Below the pieces are notes generated by a model. It was not told the DNA's origin and made no database searches. It saw nothing but the letters and a program-made list of their open reading frames with translations. This document shows, piece after piece, positions 38,571 to 49,968 of a stretch of DNA of 64,000 bases (position 1 is its first letter; the number at the start of each line of letters is the position of its first letter). This stretch comes from an uncultured Acidimicrobiia bacterium. Lineage in GTDB: Bacteria > Actinomycetota > Acidimicrobiia > IMCC26256 > JAENVU01. The translations under genes and the position numbers were made by a program. Location of the stretch: assembly GCA_963848485.1 (NCBI GenBank), contig CAWKDX010000001.1, positions 235,145 to 299,144 on the forward strand, in the 5' to 3' direction.

Positions 38571-39272
38571 GCGGTCGTTGCACCGCACCAGCACGCTCAC
38601 CCGATGCCCTTCCCGGTAGTCGTCGTTGCCCGGCACGTCGAGAAGGCCGGACGCGGCCCAGTCGAGCGGTTCCCGCTCCCAGCCGAAGCTGGCCAGCATG
38701 ACGTCGAGCCCGATGCGGCTCGGGTATCCCTCGAGGTGGCTCCCGGGCGGTGGCGGGCTCGCGCCGAGCGGGCTGCGGAGCTCGATCACGGAACCCGGCA
38801 GCTGGGAGATCTTGGTGTCGACGATCAGCCAGTGCGGCTCGACCCCGGCGATGTTCGAGAGCAGCTGCATGTGGTCGTTGACGTGGTACATGATCCCGAA
38901 GCAGAAGACGACGTCGAACTGCTCGACGTCGTCGAAGTGGCGGAACATGTCGCGTGTCACGAACTCGTAGCGGTCCGGAGCCTCGCCGTACGCCGCGAGG
39001 TTGGCGCGGGCCTGCTGGACGAGCGAGTCGTCGATGTCCACGCCGACGACCCGCGCCGCGCCCGCCCGGAGCGCCGCAAAGCTGAATCGGCCGTCGTGGC
39101 TGGCGAGGTCGAGCACGGTCGCACCCTCGAGCAGGTGCCGCTGCCGGTCGATCAGCATCGTGTACCGGGCGTTCAGCCGACCGAGGGACACGGGTGTCTT
39201 GCTGCTGTCGAGGAAGCGTGGGAAGTCGTCGAAGAACGGGATCGATCCGGCCGGCTGGGACATCGCGGGCAT
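38397..39272 (-). CDS. Class I SAM-dependent methyltransferase (C-terminal about 55 aa appear IS-derived)
   Basis: Intact ORF. ATG 39272 after GAGGGA. GATVLDLASHDGRFSFAALRAGAARVVGVDID (motif I) ... FDVVFCFGIMYHVNDHMQLL. Confidence 0.7.
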   Translation of the reverse strand: MPAMSQPAGSIPFFDDFPRFLDSSKTPVSLGRLNARYTMLIDRQRHLLEGATVLDLASHDGRFSFAALRAGAARVVGVDIDDSLVQQARANLAAYGEAPDRYEFVTRDMFRHFDDVEQFDVVFCFGIMYHVNDHMQLLSNIAGVEPHWLIVDTKISQLPGSVIELRSPLGASPPPPGSHLEGYPSRIGLDVMLASFGWEREPLDWAASGLLDVPGNDDYREGHRVSVLVRCNDRVAPDAKEYAVGLVRALQRDRYTQWMTIKGVAAKCGVSPYALRTWVIAAEGDLGPAEP

Positions 39273-39352
39273 CGTAGATCCCTCGGAGCCGGGTCGGGAC
39301 GGTGGTGCCACCGCCCGGGCGCGACCGCGTCGTCGGATGCCAGGATGGGCCG

Positions 39353-39814
39353 ATGAGCGAAGTGGAAGCGAACAAGGACCTGATCGAGCGGTTCTGGGAG
39401 GACCTCGGCGCGCGCGACTTCGCCGCGGTGCGCACCTACTTCACCGACGATGCGCACTACACGGACGTGCCCGCGCCCGAGGACGGCGCCCGCGGGCCCG
39501 ACGCGATCGAGGCGCGGCTCCGCCTGGGCATCGAGCCGCTGGAGCAGTACGTGCCGAGTCTCGGCACGCTCACCGCCGAGGACGATCGTGTCGTGCTCGA
39601 GCACTCCGAGGAGTGGCACTGGCCCACCGGGGAGTTCGTCGTGCTGCCCTTCGTGTCCGTGTTCGACATCCGCGACGGCAAGATCGCCCGCTGGTGGGAC
39701 TACTGGGACCTCGGCACGCTGATGAGCGCGGCGCCGCAGTGGTGGGTCGAGCACATCATGCAGGGCTACCAGGAGCCGGAGCGACCTCCGGTCGACGGCG
39801 GCGCCCCCGGTTGA
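39353..39814 (+). CDS. SnoaL-like / NTF2-superfamily protein (limonene-1,2-epoxide-hydrolase-like)
   Basis: Intact; ATG 39353. MSEVEANKDLIERFWEDLGARDFAAVRTYFTDDAHYTDVP...VFDIRDGKIARWWDYWD. Confidence 0.65.
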   Translation: MSEVEANKDLIERFWEDLGARDFAAVRTYFTDDAHYTDVPAPEDGARGPDAIEARLRLGIEPLEQYVPSLGTLTAEDDRVVLEHSEEWHWPTGEFVVLPFVSVFDIRDGKIARWWDYWDLGTLMSAAPQWWVEHIMQGYQEPERPPVDGGAPG

Positions 39815-40609
39815 GCGCGAGCTCGAGCAGCCGCGACCGCGCCGTAGCCGAGGGCGAGCACCACCCAGCCCCCGATCGCGTCCAGGATCCAGTGGTTCGC
39901 GGTGACGACGATCGCGAAGATCGTGCAGAACGGGTAGAGGCCCACGAGCACCTTGAGCCAGGTGCGCTTCACCAGCGGGAGCAGCGCGAGCGCCGACCAC
40001 GTGGACCAGCCGACGTGCAGGCTCGGCATCGCGGCGTAGAGGTTCCCGAACGCCGCGCGCGCGGCCGCGGTCGGCTCGCCCCGCGCGTTGAGCCGGATCG
40101 GCTGCTGCGGCCCGAAGTTGAAGAAGCGCGACGCGGCATCGACGAAGTCGTAGTGCGCAGGCATGAGGCGCGGCGGCGTGAGCGGGTACAGCCAGAAGCC
40201 GATGAGGCCGAACGCCAGCATGAAGAGCAACGCATTGCGCCAACGGATGTAGCGCGTCGGCGTCTTGTCGGTACATCGCGACCAGCGCGATGACCGGCAT
40301 CACGAAGTGGATGGTCCCGTAGTAGATGTTCCAGAACGAGATGAACCAGTGCCAGTCCAGGAACGCGTGCTGGATGCGGTGCTCCTGGTAGATGCCGAAG
40401 GTGCGCTCGATGCGCACGACCTGCTTCGCGTGCCGCAGCGCGGCCGACGCGGTGCCCATCGTCTGGTCGCGCAAGGAGTCGTAGAGGAAGTACAGGCCGA
40501 TCCCGACCGCGACCTCGATGATCCAGCCGAACCGGATCCGCTTGGTGAGCGGGAGCCGACCGCCCGGGGCGACCGCGGCGTCAGGAGTAGTCGTAGAAGC
40601 CCCGGCCAC
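39766..40609 (-). CDS. PAP2-superfamily membrane protein (PAP2_3 / inositolphosphotransferase-like) (one frame change)
   Basis: N-terminal part in ORF 39173-40675 frame (FGWIIEVAVGIGLYFLYDSLRD...RIERTFGIYQEHRIQHAFLDWHWFISFWNIYYGTIHFVMPV). C-terminal part is ORF 39766-40230 (NLYAAMPSLHVGWSTWSAL...VVTANHWILDAIGG). Shift near 40255. GTG 40609 overlaps the 3' end of the upstream dehydrogenase gene. Confidence 0.6.
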
Positions 40610-41415
40610 TCTTCCGTCCGAGCTTGCCGGCGGCGACCATCTGGCGCAGCAGCGGCGGCGCGCGGAACGCGTCACCGAACGCCACTCGCATGTCGTCGAG
40701 GATCGCGAGCAGCGTGTCGAGCCCGACCCGGTCCGCGAGCTCGAGCGGACCCATCGGGTGGTTGTACCCGAGCTTCATCGCCGTATCGAGGTGCTCCGCC
40801 GACGCGACGCCCTGCTCGAACGCGCGGATCCCTTCGCACATCAGCAGCGTGCCGAGCCGCGTGGTGACGAAGCCAGGGAGGTCGCGGATCTCGACCGTCT
40901 CCTTGCCGAGCGCGTGGCAGAAGTCGAGCGCGCGTCCCAGGGTCGCCGCGCTGGTCTCGACCGAGCTCACGACCTCGACGAGGCGCATCGCGGGCACCGG
41001 GTTGAAGAAGTGGGTCCCGACGACCTGACCCGGCCGCTGGCTGGCCGCGCCGAGGACCTCGATCGGCAGGCCGCTGGTGTTCGACGCGAGGACCGCGTCG
41101 TCGTCGGCCGCGAGGCCGAGCGTGGTGAAGATGGCGCGCTTCAGGTCCAGGTCCTCGGACACCGCCTCGATCACGATGTCGGCGGCGGCAGCAGCGACCG
41201 GCAGATCCGTCGTGAGATCGAGCGAACCGAAGCCGGTGAGCTCGGCCCCCTTCGACCGTGCCCGCGACTCGTAGTGCGCGACCCGCGCCTCGTGCGGCCT
41301 CGAGGAGCTCGGGCTTCGACTCGACGATCGTGACCGGGAACCCGGCGACGCGGGCCTCGAACGCGATGCCCGCGCCCATGATCCCTCCCCCGACGACGAC
41401 GGTGCGCGTGGTCAT
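40581..41415 (-). CDS. hbd: 3-hydroxybutyryl-CoA / 3-hydroxyacyl-CoA dehydrogenase (frame change near 41290)
   Basis: MTTRTVVVGGGIMGAGIAFEARVAGFPVTIVE (Rossmann GxGxxG), ...ADIVIEAVSEDLDLKRAIF...ASNTSGLPI...GTHFFNPVPAMRLVEVV...GFVTTRL...GYNHPMGPLELADRVGLD...GRKSGRGFYDYS*. Confidence 0.8.
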
Positions 41416-41858
41416 GACTTCCCTTCGGTCGGCGACGAGCTCTCGGCGGATTCGGGCCGCGGTTCACGACGCCGGAGGATGAACGTGCCGCTCGCCTTGG
41501 AGACGAGGTCGCCCTCCATGTTGGTGATGGTCGTCTCGAGGTAGGCGATCTGGCGGGCGAGGCGGATGACCTCGCCGCGGACCGCGAGATGATCGCCGGC
41601 CGAGGCCGCTCGCATCGTCGAGTACGTGATCGAGATCGTGGCGCCGCGGTCACCCTTCTCGAGCGCGGCGTTGGTCGCGAAGTTCATGGCCGCATCGTGC
41701 ACGACCGCGTAGACCCCACCGTGGACCGGGCCTGCCGGGTTGCAGGCATCCTCGGTCGGGACCCAGGTCGCCTCGACCCAGCCTTCGCCGTAGCGCTCGA
41801 AGCTCACGCCGAGCCGCCCGAGCAACGCCATCCCACCGTCGCCCAGCGACCGGTCCAT
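41412..41858 (-). CDS. PaaI-family hotdog-fold thioesterase
   Basis: Last 148 codons of ORF 41412-43229: MDRSLGDGGMALLGRLGVSFERYGEGWVEATWVP...NPAGPVHGGVYAVVHDAAMNFA...GEVIRLARQIAYLETTITN. The stop overlaps the hbd ATG (ATGA). Confidence 0.7.
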   Translation of the reverse strand: MDRSLGDGGMALLGRLGVSFERYGEGWVEATWVPTEDACNPAGPVHGGVYAVVHDAAMNFATNAALEKGDRGATISITYSTMRAASAGDHLAVRGEVIRLARQIAYLETTITNMEGDLVSKASGTFILRRREPRPESAESSSPTEGKS

Positions 41859-41939
41859 GTCCCGCACGGGCCTGGAATGTACCGGACGACGCAGACGTAG
41901 ACTTGACCGAACGGTCAAGTTCGCGCTCTGGAGGACATC

Positions 41940-43098
41940 ATGGCCACCGCAGTCATCGTCGACGCAGTCCGCAGCCCGCTCGGGCGACGCAACGGCAAGC
42001 TCAAGGACACCCACCCCGTCGACCTGGCTGCGCACAGCATCCAGGCGCTGGTCGAACGCACCGGCATCGACCCCGCGATCGTCGAAGACGTGATCATGGG
42101 TTGCGTCATGCAGGTCGGGGACCAGGCGGTCAACATCGGCCGCAACGCGGCGCTCGCGGCCGGCTTCCCCGAGACCGTCGTCGGCACGTCGGTCGACCGC
42201 CAGTGCGGATCGTCCCAGCAGGCCGCGCACTTCGCCGCGCAGGGCGTGATCGCCGGCGCGTACGACGTCGTGATCGCGGCGGGGGTCGAGAACATGACGC
42301 GGGTGCCGATGGGCGCGTCCTTCATCCAGGGCAGCATGCCGTTCGGCCCGCGGATGCTCGAGCGCTACCCGAACCTCGTGCCCCAGGGCATCTCCGCCGA
42401 GCTGATCGCCGAGAAGTGGGACATCAGCCGCGAGGACAACGACCGCTTCTCGGTCGAGTCGCACCAGCGCGCGGCGCGGGCAACCGCCGAGGGCCGCTTC
42501 GAGCGGGAGATCGTGCCCGATCGACATCACCGGCGAGGACGGCGCCGAGACGATGCGCACCGACGAGGGCATCCGCCCCGACTCGTCGATGGAGACGCTC
42601 GCCAAGCTGAAGCCCGCGTTCAAGCCCGACGGTGTGGTCACCGCGGCGAACTCGAGCCAGATCACCGACGGCTCGGCCGCGCTGCTCGTCATGAGCGAGG
42701 AGAAGGCCAACGAGCTCGGCCTCACGCCCCGGGCCCGGTTCCACACGTTCGCGCTGGCGGGCGTCGACCCGGTGATGATGCTGACGGGCCCGATCCCCGC
42801 CACGACCAAGGTGCTCGAGCGGGCCGGGATGAAGCTCGACGAGATGGACCTCGTCGAGATCAACGAGGCGTTCGCACCGGTCGTCCTGTCGTGGGAGAAG
42901 GAGCACCACCCGGACATGACCAAGGTCAACGTCAACGGAGGCGCGATCGCGCTCGGCCACCCGCTCGGTGCGTCGGGCGCGCGGCTCATGGTCACGCTGC
43001 TCAACGAGCTCGAGCGCACGGGTGGCCGGTACGGCCTCCAGACCATGTGCGAGGGTGGTGGCATGGCGAACGCCACCATCATCGAGCGGCTCGGCTGA
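41940..43098 (+). CDS. Acetyl-CoA C-acyltransferase (thiolase) (one frame change near 42519)
   Basis: MATAVIVDAVRSPLGRRNGKL...SVDRQCGSSQQA (active-site Cys)...GVENMTRVPM. It continues in ORF 42553-43098: ...VTAANSSQITDGSAALLVMSE...VNVNGGAIALGHPLGASGARL...LQTMCEGGGMANATIIERLG*. Confidence 0.8.
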
Positions 43099-43146
43099 GC
43101 CCGAGCACCGAGCTCGGCGAACCAAGGCGACCGAGGCCGACCTCTC

Positions 43147-43413
43147 GTGCCCTTTGCCGTTCGGATCCTCATCGCGGTGTTCGTCGCGGTCCTGCTGTAC
43201 CTGTTCGCGGTGAAGCTGATCCGCGCCATGCTGCGCCCGGCCCCGCCCGACGAGCCCGACCTCTCACTCCTGCGCCCGGTGGATCTCCACTACCGGTGCG
43301 GGGTCTGCGGCGCCGGGGTGACGATGACGGCCGCGCCCGGTGACGAGGATCCGGACCCGCCCCGGCACTGCAAAGAGGACATGGTGCTCATCGACGACTG
43401 GGAGAGCCACTAG
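43147..43413 (+). CDS. Small membrane-anchored Cys-containing protein (hypothetical)
   Basis: Intact 88-aa ORF with GTG start. N-terminal TM helix FAVRILIAVFVAVLLYLFAV. C-x2-C (YRCGVCG) plus HC (PRHCKED) about 30 aa later. Confidence 0.4.
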   Translation: MPFAVRILIAVFVAVLLYLFAVKLIRAMLRPAPPDEPDLSLLRPVDLHYRCGVCGAGVTMTAAPGDEDPDPPRHCKEDMVLIDDWESH

Positions 43414-43419
43414 TTATCC

Positions 43420-43458
43420 ACAGGGTTGTCCCCCGTCTGTGGGGAACGACAGCCCTGT
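43420..43458. terminator. Extended stem-loop between convergent genes (candidate bidirectional terminator)
   Basis: ACAGGGTTGTC-CCCC-gtctgt-GGGG-aac-GACAGCCCTGT. The outer stem is 11 bp with one G-T pair and the inner stem is 4 bp. No clear U-tract. Confidence 0.35.
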
Positions 43459-43508
43459 AGTTCCCACGCACCGGGACCACACCGGGGGGCGGTGCAACCA
43501 CCGCGGCG

Positions 43509-43740
43509 TCAGCGATAGATCGTGGCGAAGATGAAGCCCGCGGTGATCTCGACCAGGCCGAGCAGCAGATAGGGGTTCTGCTGCTCGCCCGGGAGCAGCC
43601 CCAGGTAGTTGAGGACGATCACCAGCGTGCCGGTGATCGAGCAGCGCGAACATCACGGCCGGCACCCACATCGGGCTCGACGGCTTGTTCTTCGGCGCGG
43701 GCGCGGTGTAGCGGGAGCGCTTCCCCTTGGAGACGGGCAC
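43509..43740 (-). CDS. crgA: Cell division protein CrgA (one frame change near 43638)
   Basis: GTG 43740. (M)[33 protein letters not shown], then [42 protein letters not shown]. Matches the basic N-terminus plus two TM helices of actinobacterial CrgA. Position next to trpG/pknB is as in other Actinobacteria. Confidence 0.7.
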
Positions 43741-43807
43741 AGCGGGGGAGGTTAACCGGGCGGAGCCGACCGATCGGTCCGGTACCCTCCGACCCGTGGG
43801 CGCCCGC

Positions 43808-44382
<575 letters not shown>

Positions 44383-44394
44383 CGCTCGGTCGCC

Positions 44395-45183
44395 TCAGTC
44401 GGGCAGCGCGGCGTGGGCGCCGTGGACCACCGCGAGCCCGTCGGCCACGAGTGACGCGAGCGCCTCGGGGTCGAGCTCGTCGATCCCGACGCCGCCCTCG
44501 TCGCGGAGCCGGGCCATCACCTGGCCCCGCCGCTGCCGGAACGATCCCGCGAACGGAGCCTGGCGCGAGCGCAGCTTCGTCGGGCCGCGGACCGCGCGAC
44601 GCGCACCGCCGCCGCAACGGGCACTCCGTGCACTTCGGCGCGCGCAGGCCGGCAGAGCACGGCGCCGACGTCCATGAGCGCGAGGAGCCGGTCGCGACCG
44701 CGCAACGGTCGCGCGAGCTTGATCATCGCGGCTTCGGCGTCGCGCTCGGAGAGCGCGCGCCCCGCGCAGCGCTCGACGACCCGCCGGATGTTGACCTCGA
44801 CCGCGGGGACGTCGGCGTCGTCGGCCTGGGCGAGGATCGCGCCCGCGGTGTAGCGCCCGACGCCGGGCAGCTCGGTGAGGTCCTCGGGCCAGCCGTCGGT
44901 CGCGATGATGCTCGCCGCCTCCCAGAGCCGGCGGGCCCGGCGCGGGTAGCCGAGCCGGCCCCACGCGGTGATCACCGCGCCCGGCCCGGCCGCGGCCATC
45001 GTCGGCGGGGTCCGGGAACCGGCCGATGAACCCGGGCCACGCCTCGGCGACGCGCGGCACCTGGGTCTGCTGGAGCATCACCTCGGAGACGAGGATCGGC
45101 CAGCGGTCGCGCGTCGCTCGCCACGCGAGGTCGTGCCGGCCGTGCTCGCGGTACCAGCCGGCCAGCGCGGCCGGGCGGGTCAC
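44395..45183 (-). CDS. HhH-GPD base-excision DNA glycosylase with 4Fe-4S loop (MutY/Nth-like) (frame-interrupted)
   Basis: GTG 45183 overlaps the pknB stop (GTGA). [36 protein letters not shown]...[22 protein letters not shown]...[19 protein letters not shown]...[11 protein letters not shown]...[24 protein letters not shown] (Cys-x6-Cys-x2-Cys-x5-Cys). At least 3 frame changes. Confidence 0.6.
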   Translation of the reverse strand: MTRPAALAGWYREHGRHDLAWRATRDRWPILVSEVMLQQTQVPRVAEAWPGFIGRFPDPADDGRGRAGRGDHRVGPARLPAPGPPALGGGEHHRDRRLARGPHRAARRRALHRGRDPRPGRRRRRPRGRGQHPAGRRALRGARALRARRRSRDDQARATVARSRPAPRAHGRRRRALPACARRSARSARCGGGARRAVRGPTKLRSRQAPFAGSFRQRRGQVMARLRDEGGVGIDELDPEALASLVADGLAVVHGAHAALPD

Positions 45184-47065
45184 GTCGTGGAGGTGGTGGT
45201 CGTGCCGGGGCCGGTGCCGACCGTGATCGTCACCTGCGTCCCCTTGTTCACGGTCGTGCCGGCGAGGGGCGCCTGGGTGATCACCTTGCCCATGTTCGAC
45301 GCGGACGACGGCACCTGCACGACCCGGACGTCGAACGCGCGCGTCGGTCAGCGTGCTGGTCGCGTCGGCCTGGGTCTTGCCGACCACGTTGGGGACGGTC
45401 ACCTGCTCCGGCCCGGTCGACACGTTCATCGTGACGGTGGAGCCGCGCGGTGCCTGGGTCCCGGCCGCCGGGTTGGTGCTGATGACCGAGCCCGCGGGGA
45501 CGGTGCTGCTCGCCATGTTCGTCTTCTGGAACTTGAGCCCGGCGTCGGTCAGGATCTGCGCGGCCTCGACCTGGTCCTTGCCCGTCGACGTTCGGGACGT
45601 TCACCGGCGCCGGGCCGGCCGAGACGAACACCTGGACGTCGGAGTTCCGCTTCACGGTCGCGTCGGCCGGCGGGTTGGTGCTGATGACCTGGCCGAGCGG
45701 GACCGAGTCGCTGGCCTCGTCGACCCGCACCGCGTTGAGCCCCTTGGCCTGGAGCGTGGTCGCCGCGTCCTCGAAGGTCTCGCCGACGACGTCGGGCACC
45801 TTCACGCTGCCGGCGCCGTCGCTGACGGTGAGCAGGATGTTCTCGTCCTGGCCGACCTTCGTCCCGGCCGACGGGTCCTGGCGCACCACGAGGCCTTGCG
45901 CGAACTGGTCGTTGGCCCGGCGCACGACCGTGACCTTCGTGAGCTTCTGGGCCGCGAGGTGCAGCTGGGCCTCGGCGACCGGCTGGCCGACGACGTCGGG
46001 CACCGGGATCGTGGCCGCCGAGCCGTCGTCGCCGAGCTGGGTCGCGAGCAGGTACCCGACGCCGCCGATCAGCGCGAGGAGCAGCACGATCACCGCGATG
46101 ATCGGGCCCTTGCTTCTTCTTGGGCGGCGGCGGTGGTGCCGGCCAACGGCACCGGCGCGACGGGCGGAGCGACCATCGTCGAGGTCGCGTCGGGGATCGT
46201 GGCGACCGCGGCGGTGATCGCGGTGCCGACGACGGCCTGGCCGCGCCGGAAGCGCAGGAGGTCGGCGCGGAGGTCGTCGGCGGACTGGTAGCGGTCGGCG
46301 GGTTCCTTCGCGAGGCAGGTCATGATCACCCGCTCGAGCTCGGGCGGGATCGACGGGACCATCTGGCTCGGCGGGACCACCGGCTCGCGCACGTGCTTGT
46401 ACGCGACGCTGACCGGCGAGTCGCCGGTGAACGGCGGCTCGCCGGTGGCCATCTCGTAGAGCACGACGCCGAGCGAGTACACGTCCGAGCGCCCGTCGAC
46501 CGCGATGCCCTGCGCCTGCTCGGGGGAGAAGTAGGTGGCGGTGCCCATCACCGCGCCGGTGCGGGTGAGCCCGTCGTTGTCCCCGCCGGCGCGGGCGATG
46601 CCGAAGTCCGTGACCTTGACCTGGCCCGCGGTCGTGATGAGCACGTTGCCGGGCTTCACGTCGCGGTGCACGACGCCGTTCGTGTGCGCGAACGAGAGCG
46701 CGGCGGCGATGTCCGCGCCGATGTCGGCGACCTGGCCCGGGGCGATCGGTGCCCTCGCGGTGGATCATGTCCCGCAGCGTCTGGCCGTCGATGTACTCCA
46801 TGACGATGAACGACGTGCCGTGCTCCTGGCCCCAGTCGAAGATCCCGACGATGTTGGGGTGGTTCAGGCCCGCGGCCGACTGCGCCTCGCGCCGGAACCG
46901 CTCGACGAACGCCGGGTCCCGGGAGAGCTCGGGCGAGAGGACCTTGAGCGCGACGGGACGGTCGAGCTTCGAGTCGCGAGCGAGGTACACGTCGGCCATG
47001 CCGCCGTGCGCGATCTCACTGACGATCTCGTAGCGGTCCGCGAAGATGGTCGGAGGGGAAGCCAT
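45180..47065 (-). CDS. pknB: Ser/Thr protein kinase PknB with TM helix and extracellular PASTA repeats (frame-interrupted)
   Basis: ATG 47065. FADRYEIVSEIAHGGMADVYLARDSKLDRPVALKVL...; ORF 46090-46671 frame: HRDVKPGNVLI...VKVTDFGIARA...GTATYFSPEQA...SDVYSLGVVLYEM. TM helix IIAVIVLLLALIGGVGYLL. PASTA units VPDVVGQPVAEAQ..., VPDVVGETFEDAATTL..., VPNV.G..., VPNVVGKTQADATSTL.... At least 5 frame changes. Confidence 0.85.
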
Positions 47066-47147
47066 GGAGTCGAGCAACGCTATCTGTCGGGTCGGTGCCG
47101 GCCCGGGCACGTGAATCCCGTCACGTTCGACCCTGCGGCGCGCCAGG

Positions 47148-48612
47148 TCACTTCCCGAGCAGGTACTTGAGGATCTCGGCGGCGATCGGCGCGGCCACGC
47201 GGCCACCCGTCGCCTCGTTGCCCATGCTCCCGCCGTGCTCGACGAACACGGACACCGCGTACTGCGGTGCCTCGGCCGGCGCGAACGCCACGAACCACGC
47301 GTGCGGTGAGCAGCCCTCGCAGCTCTGCGCGGTGCCGGTCTTGCCCGCGACGGTGACGCCCGCGATCTGGCCCGCGGTGCCGGTGCCCGTGCTCGACCAC
47401 CTGGACCATGAAGTCGCGGATCGTCGCCGCGGTCGTGGCCGGCATCGCCACCTTCCACGGCTTCGGGCTGATCGTCGAGAGCTTGCGGCCCTCGTCGTCG
47501 CGGATCTCGGCCGCGACGTGCGGTCGCATGATCGTGCCGCCGTTGGCGACGGCCGAGCCGATCGAGCGCCATCTGCAGCGGCGTCGCGGCGACGTCACCC
47601 TGGCCGATGCCGGCGAGCGCGAACGACGGCTTGTTGTCGTTGAACGTCCCCGGCACCGGACCGGTGCTCACCGCGGCGCCCGGTGAGAGGTCGAGCGGCG
47701 GCGCCTCGTAGATCCCGAAGCCGGCGAGCCGGGGCGGGAACTTCTCGCCGAGGTCGAGCCCGAGCTGGGCGAACGTCGTGTTGCACGACTCCACGAAGCT
47801 CTCCTCGAGCGTGCCCGCCGCAGCGCTCGCCGCCGAAGTTCGAGATCGACCGCCCGGCCTGGGGCGGGAGCAACGACGTGCGGAACGGGAACGTGGACGT
47901 CGGGGTCGCGGTGCCGGTGTCGAGCGCGGCTTCGGTGGTCGCGATCTTGAACGTCGAGCCCGGTGGGTAGCGCTCGCGGTACGCGCGTGGCAGCAGCGTG
48001 GTCGTCGGGCTGTTCGGCTGCAGCGACTCCCAGTACGCCTGGACCAGCTTCGGGTTGTGGCCCGCGAGCGGCTGCGGGATCGAAGCTCGGGTTCGAGTAC
48101 ATCGCGATCAGCGCGCCGGTCTTCGGGTCCATCACCACGACCGAGCCCTGCTGGTTGCCGAGCGCGGCCTTGGCGACGAGCTGCACGTCGGTGCGCAGGC
48201 TCAGCACGACGTTGCCGGTCTGCTCCTTGCCGGAGAGGAGGTCGCCGAGGTCGCGCAGGCGGAGATGCGAGCGGTCCCGGCCGGAGAGCACCGCCGAGTA
48301 CTCCTTCTCGACGCCGGTGCTGCCGACGACACCGACTGGTACCCGACGGTCTGGGCGAACAGCTCGCCGTAGGGGTAGACGCGCTGGTACTCGTACTCGT
48401 CCTTCGACGGGATCGACCGGGCGAGGATCTTGCCGTCGGCGCTGATGATCTCGCCGCGGGGCCGGGTGAAGTCCTTCAGGTACGTGCGGGTGTTGCGGGG
48501 GTCGTTGGCCAGCTTGTTGGCGTCGATGACCTGCAGGTACGTGAGCTGCCCGACGAGGAGCAGCAGCAGGACGATGACCGCGGTCGCCGACCCGTCCGAT
48601 GGCGCGGTTCAC
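47148..48612 (-). CDS. pbpA: Class B penicillin-binding protein PbpA (transpeptidase) (frame-interrupted)
   Basis: GTG 48612 overlaps the rodA stop. VNRAI.RVATAVIVLLLLLVGQLTYLQVIDANKLANDPRNTR...RGEIISADGKILARS...; QQGSVVVMDPKTGALIAMYSNPSFDP; ESCNTTFAQLG; GIGQGDVAATPLQMA; VAGKTGTAQ (KTG motif)...HAWFVAFAPAEAPQYAVSVFVEHGG...ILKYLLGK*. At least 6 frame changes. Confidence 0.8.
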
Positions 48613-49968
48613 GGGCGGGCCGCCTCGACCGCGACCATGCGGGCCTCGCGCTCGCGGCCGCGGCCGCGGCGTCGTTCGCGTTCTCGTCCGAGATGCGCAG
48701 GAGCAACGCGAGGATCACGAAGTTCGCGACGAGCGACGAGCCGCCGTACGACACGAACGGGAGCGTCACTCCGGTGAGCGGGATGAGCCGGGTGACGCCG
48801 CCGATGATGACGAACGTCTGCACGCCGAGGATGGTGGCGAGACCGGCGGCGAAGAGCTTCGAGAACGGGCGCTGCGACTGGATCGCGATGCGGAACGCGC
48901 TGCCGACGAGGAGCATGAACCCGATCACGACCGCGACCGTGCCGAGCAGGCCGAGCTCCTCGCCGATGGCCGCGAAGATGAAGTCGGTCGTCGCGACCGG
49001 GATGATGTCGGGCCGGCCGAGCCCGAGGCCGGTGCCCTGGAAGCCGCCGCTGCCGAACGCGTAGAGGCTCTGCACGAGCTGGTACGCGTTGCCCTGGCGG
49101 TCGACCCACGGGTTGATCCAGGTGTCGATGCGCTCCTGCACGTGGCCGAAGAAGTTGTAGGTGATCGCGACCGCGCCGGCGAAGAGCACCGCGCCGACCG
49201 CGAGGTACGCGGCGCGGTCGGTGGCGATGTAGAGCATCGCGACGAACACGGCGAAGAACAGCAGCGACGACCCGAGGTCCTTCTGCAGGATCATGATCAT
49301 GATCGAGACGACCCACGGCAGCAGCAGCGGCCCGAGGTGCTTCGGGTCGGGGAGGTGCATCCGCCCCAACCGGCGGCTGCCCGACGAGAGCAGCTCGCGC
49401 TTCTCGACGAGGTACGCGGCGAAGAACACGACGAGCAGGACCTTCGCGGCCTCGCCGGGCTGCACGGTGAGCGGACCGATGCGGGCCCAGAGCCGCGCGC
49501 CGTTGATCTCGACGCCGATGCCGGGGACGAGCGGGAGCAGCAGCGCGACGACACCGAGCAGGAGGAACGTGTACCGGTAGCGGGCGAGGTCGCGGACGTT
49601 GCGCACGAGCGACGAGCGTGGCGACGAACGCCGCGACGCCGACCGCGGTCCACAGGGCCTGCGTGGGCGCGACCCGCTTGGCCTCCGGGACCGCGAGGTC
49701 GAGCCGGGAGATCGTGACGAACCCGATCCCGAGCAGCAGCGCGACGAGCGGGAGCAGCGTCGCGTCCGCGCGCGGCGCCCACTTGCGGACCGCGAGGTGC
49801 GCGACGACGAACAGGCCGAGGATCCCGCCCATGAAGGCCCAGAGGCCGGCGGGCAGCGCCGGGCGCCTCCGAGAGCGCGAGCAGCACGTAGCCCGACCCG
49901 ACGATGACGAGCGCGAGCACGCCGAGGCCGAGCTCCTCGGTGCGGCGGCGGCCGCTGATGACGCTCAC
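48609..49968 (-). CDS. rodA: SEDS-family peptidoglycan glycosyltransferase RodA/FtsW (frame-interrupted)
   Basis: GTG 49968 overlaps the pstP stop. RRTEELGLGVLALVIVGSGYVLLAL...; long good stretch in ORF 48476-51331 frame: RYRYTFLLLGVVALLLPLVPGIGVEINGARLWARIGPLTVQPGEAAKVLLVVFFAAYL...LQKDLGSSLLFF...GSGGFQGTGLGLGRPDIIPVATTDFIFAAIGEELGLLG...IGGVTRLIPLTGVTLPFVSYGGSSL. Confidence 0.8.

Noticed and set aside
43089-43117. Hairpins around the thiolase stop (GCTCGG ctgagc CCGAGC, then palindrome CCGAGCTCGG)
   Set aside because: They are short GC stems that overlap the stop codon and lack a U-tract. At this GC content such stems are frequent. I did not call this a terminator.
41412-43229. 605-aa minus-strand ORF
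   Set aside because: Only the last 148 codons (the PaaI thioesterase) look real. The rest is antisense of the thiolase gene.
43414-43508. Possible replication origin, because of the perfect TTATCCACA box
   Set aside because: There is only one perfect box plus weak look-alikes. There is no AT-rich unwinding element. The site lies between convergent gene ends rather than in a dnaA-dnaN type intergenic region. It is kept only as a possible isolated DnaA site or terminator.
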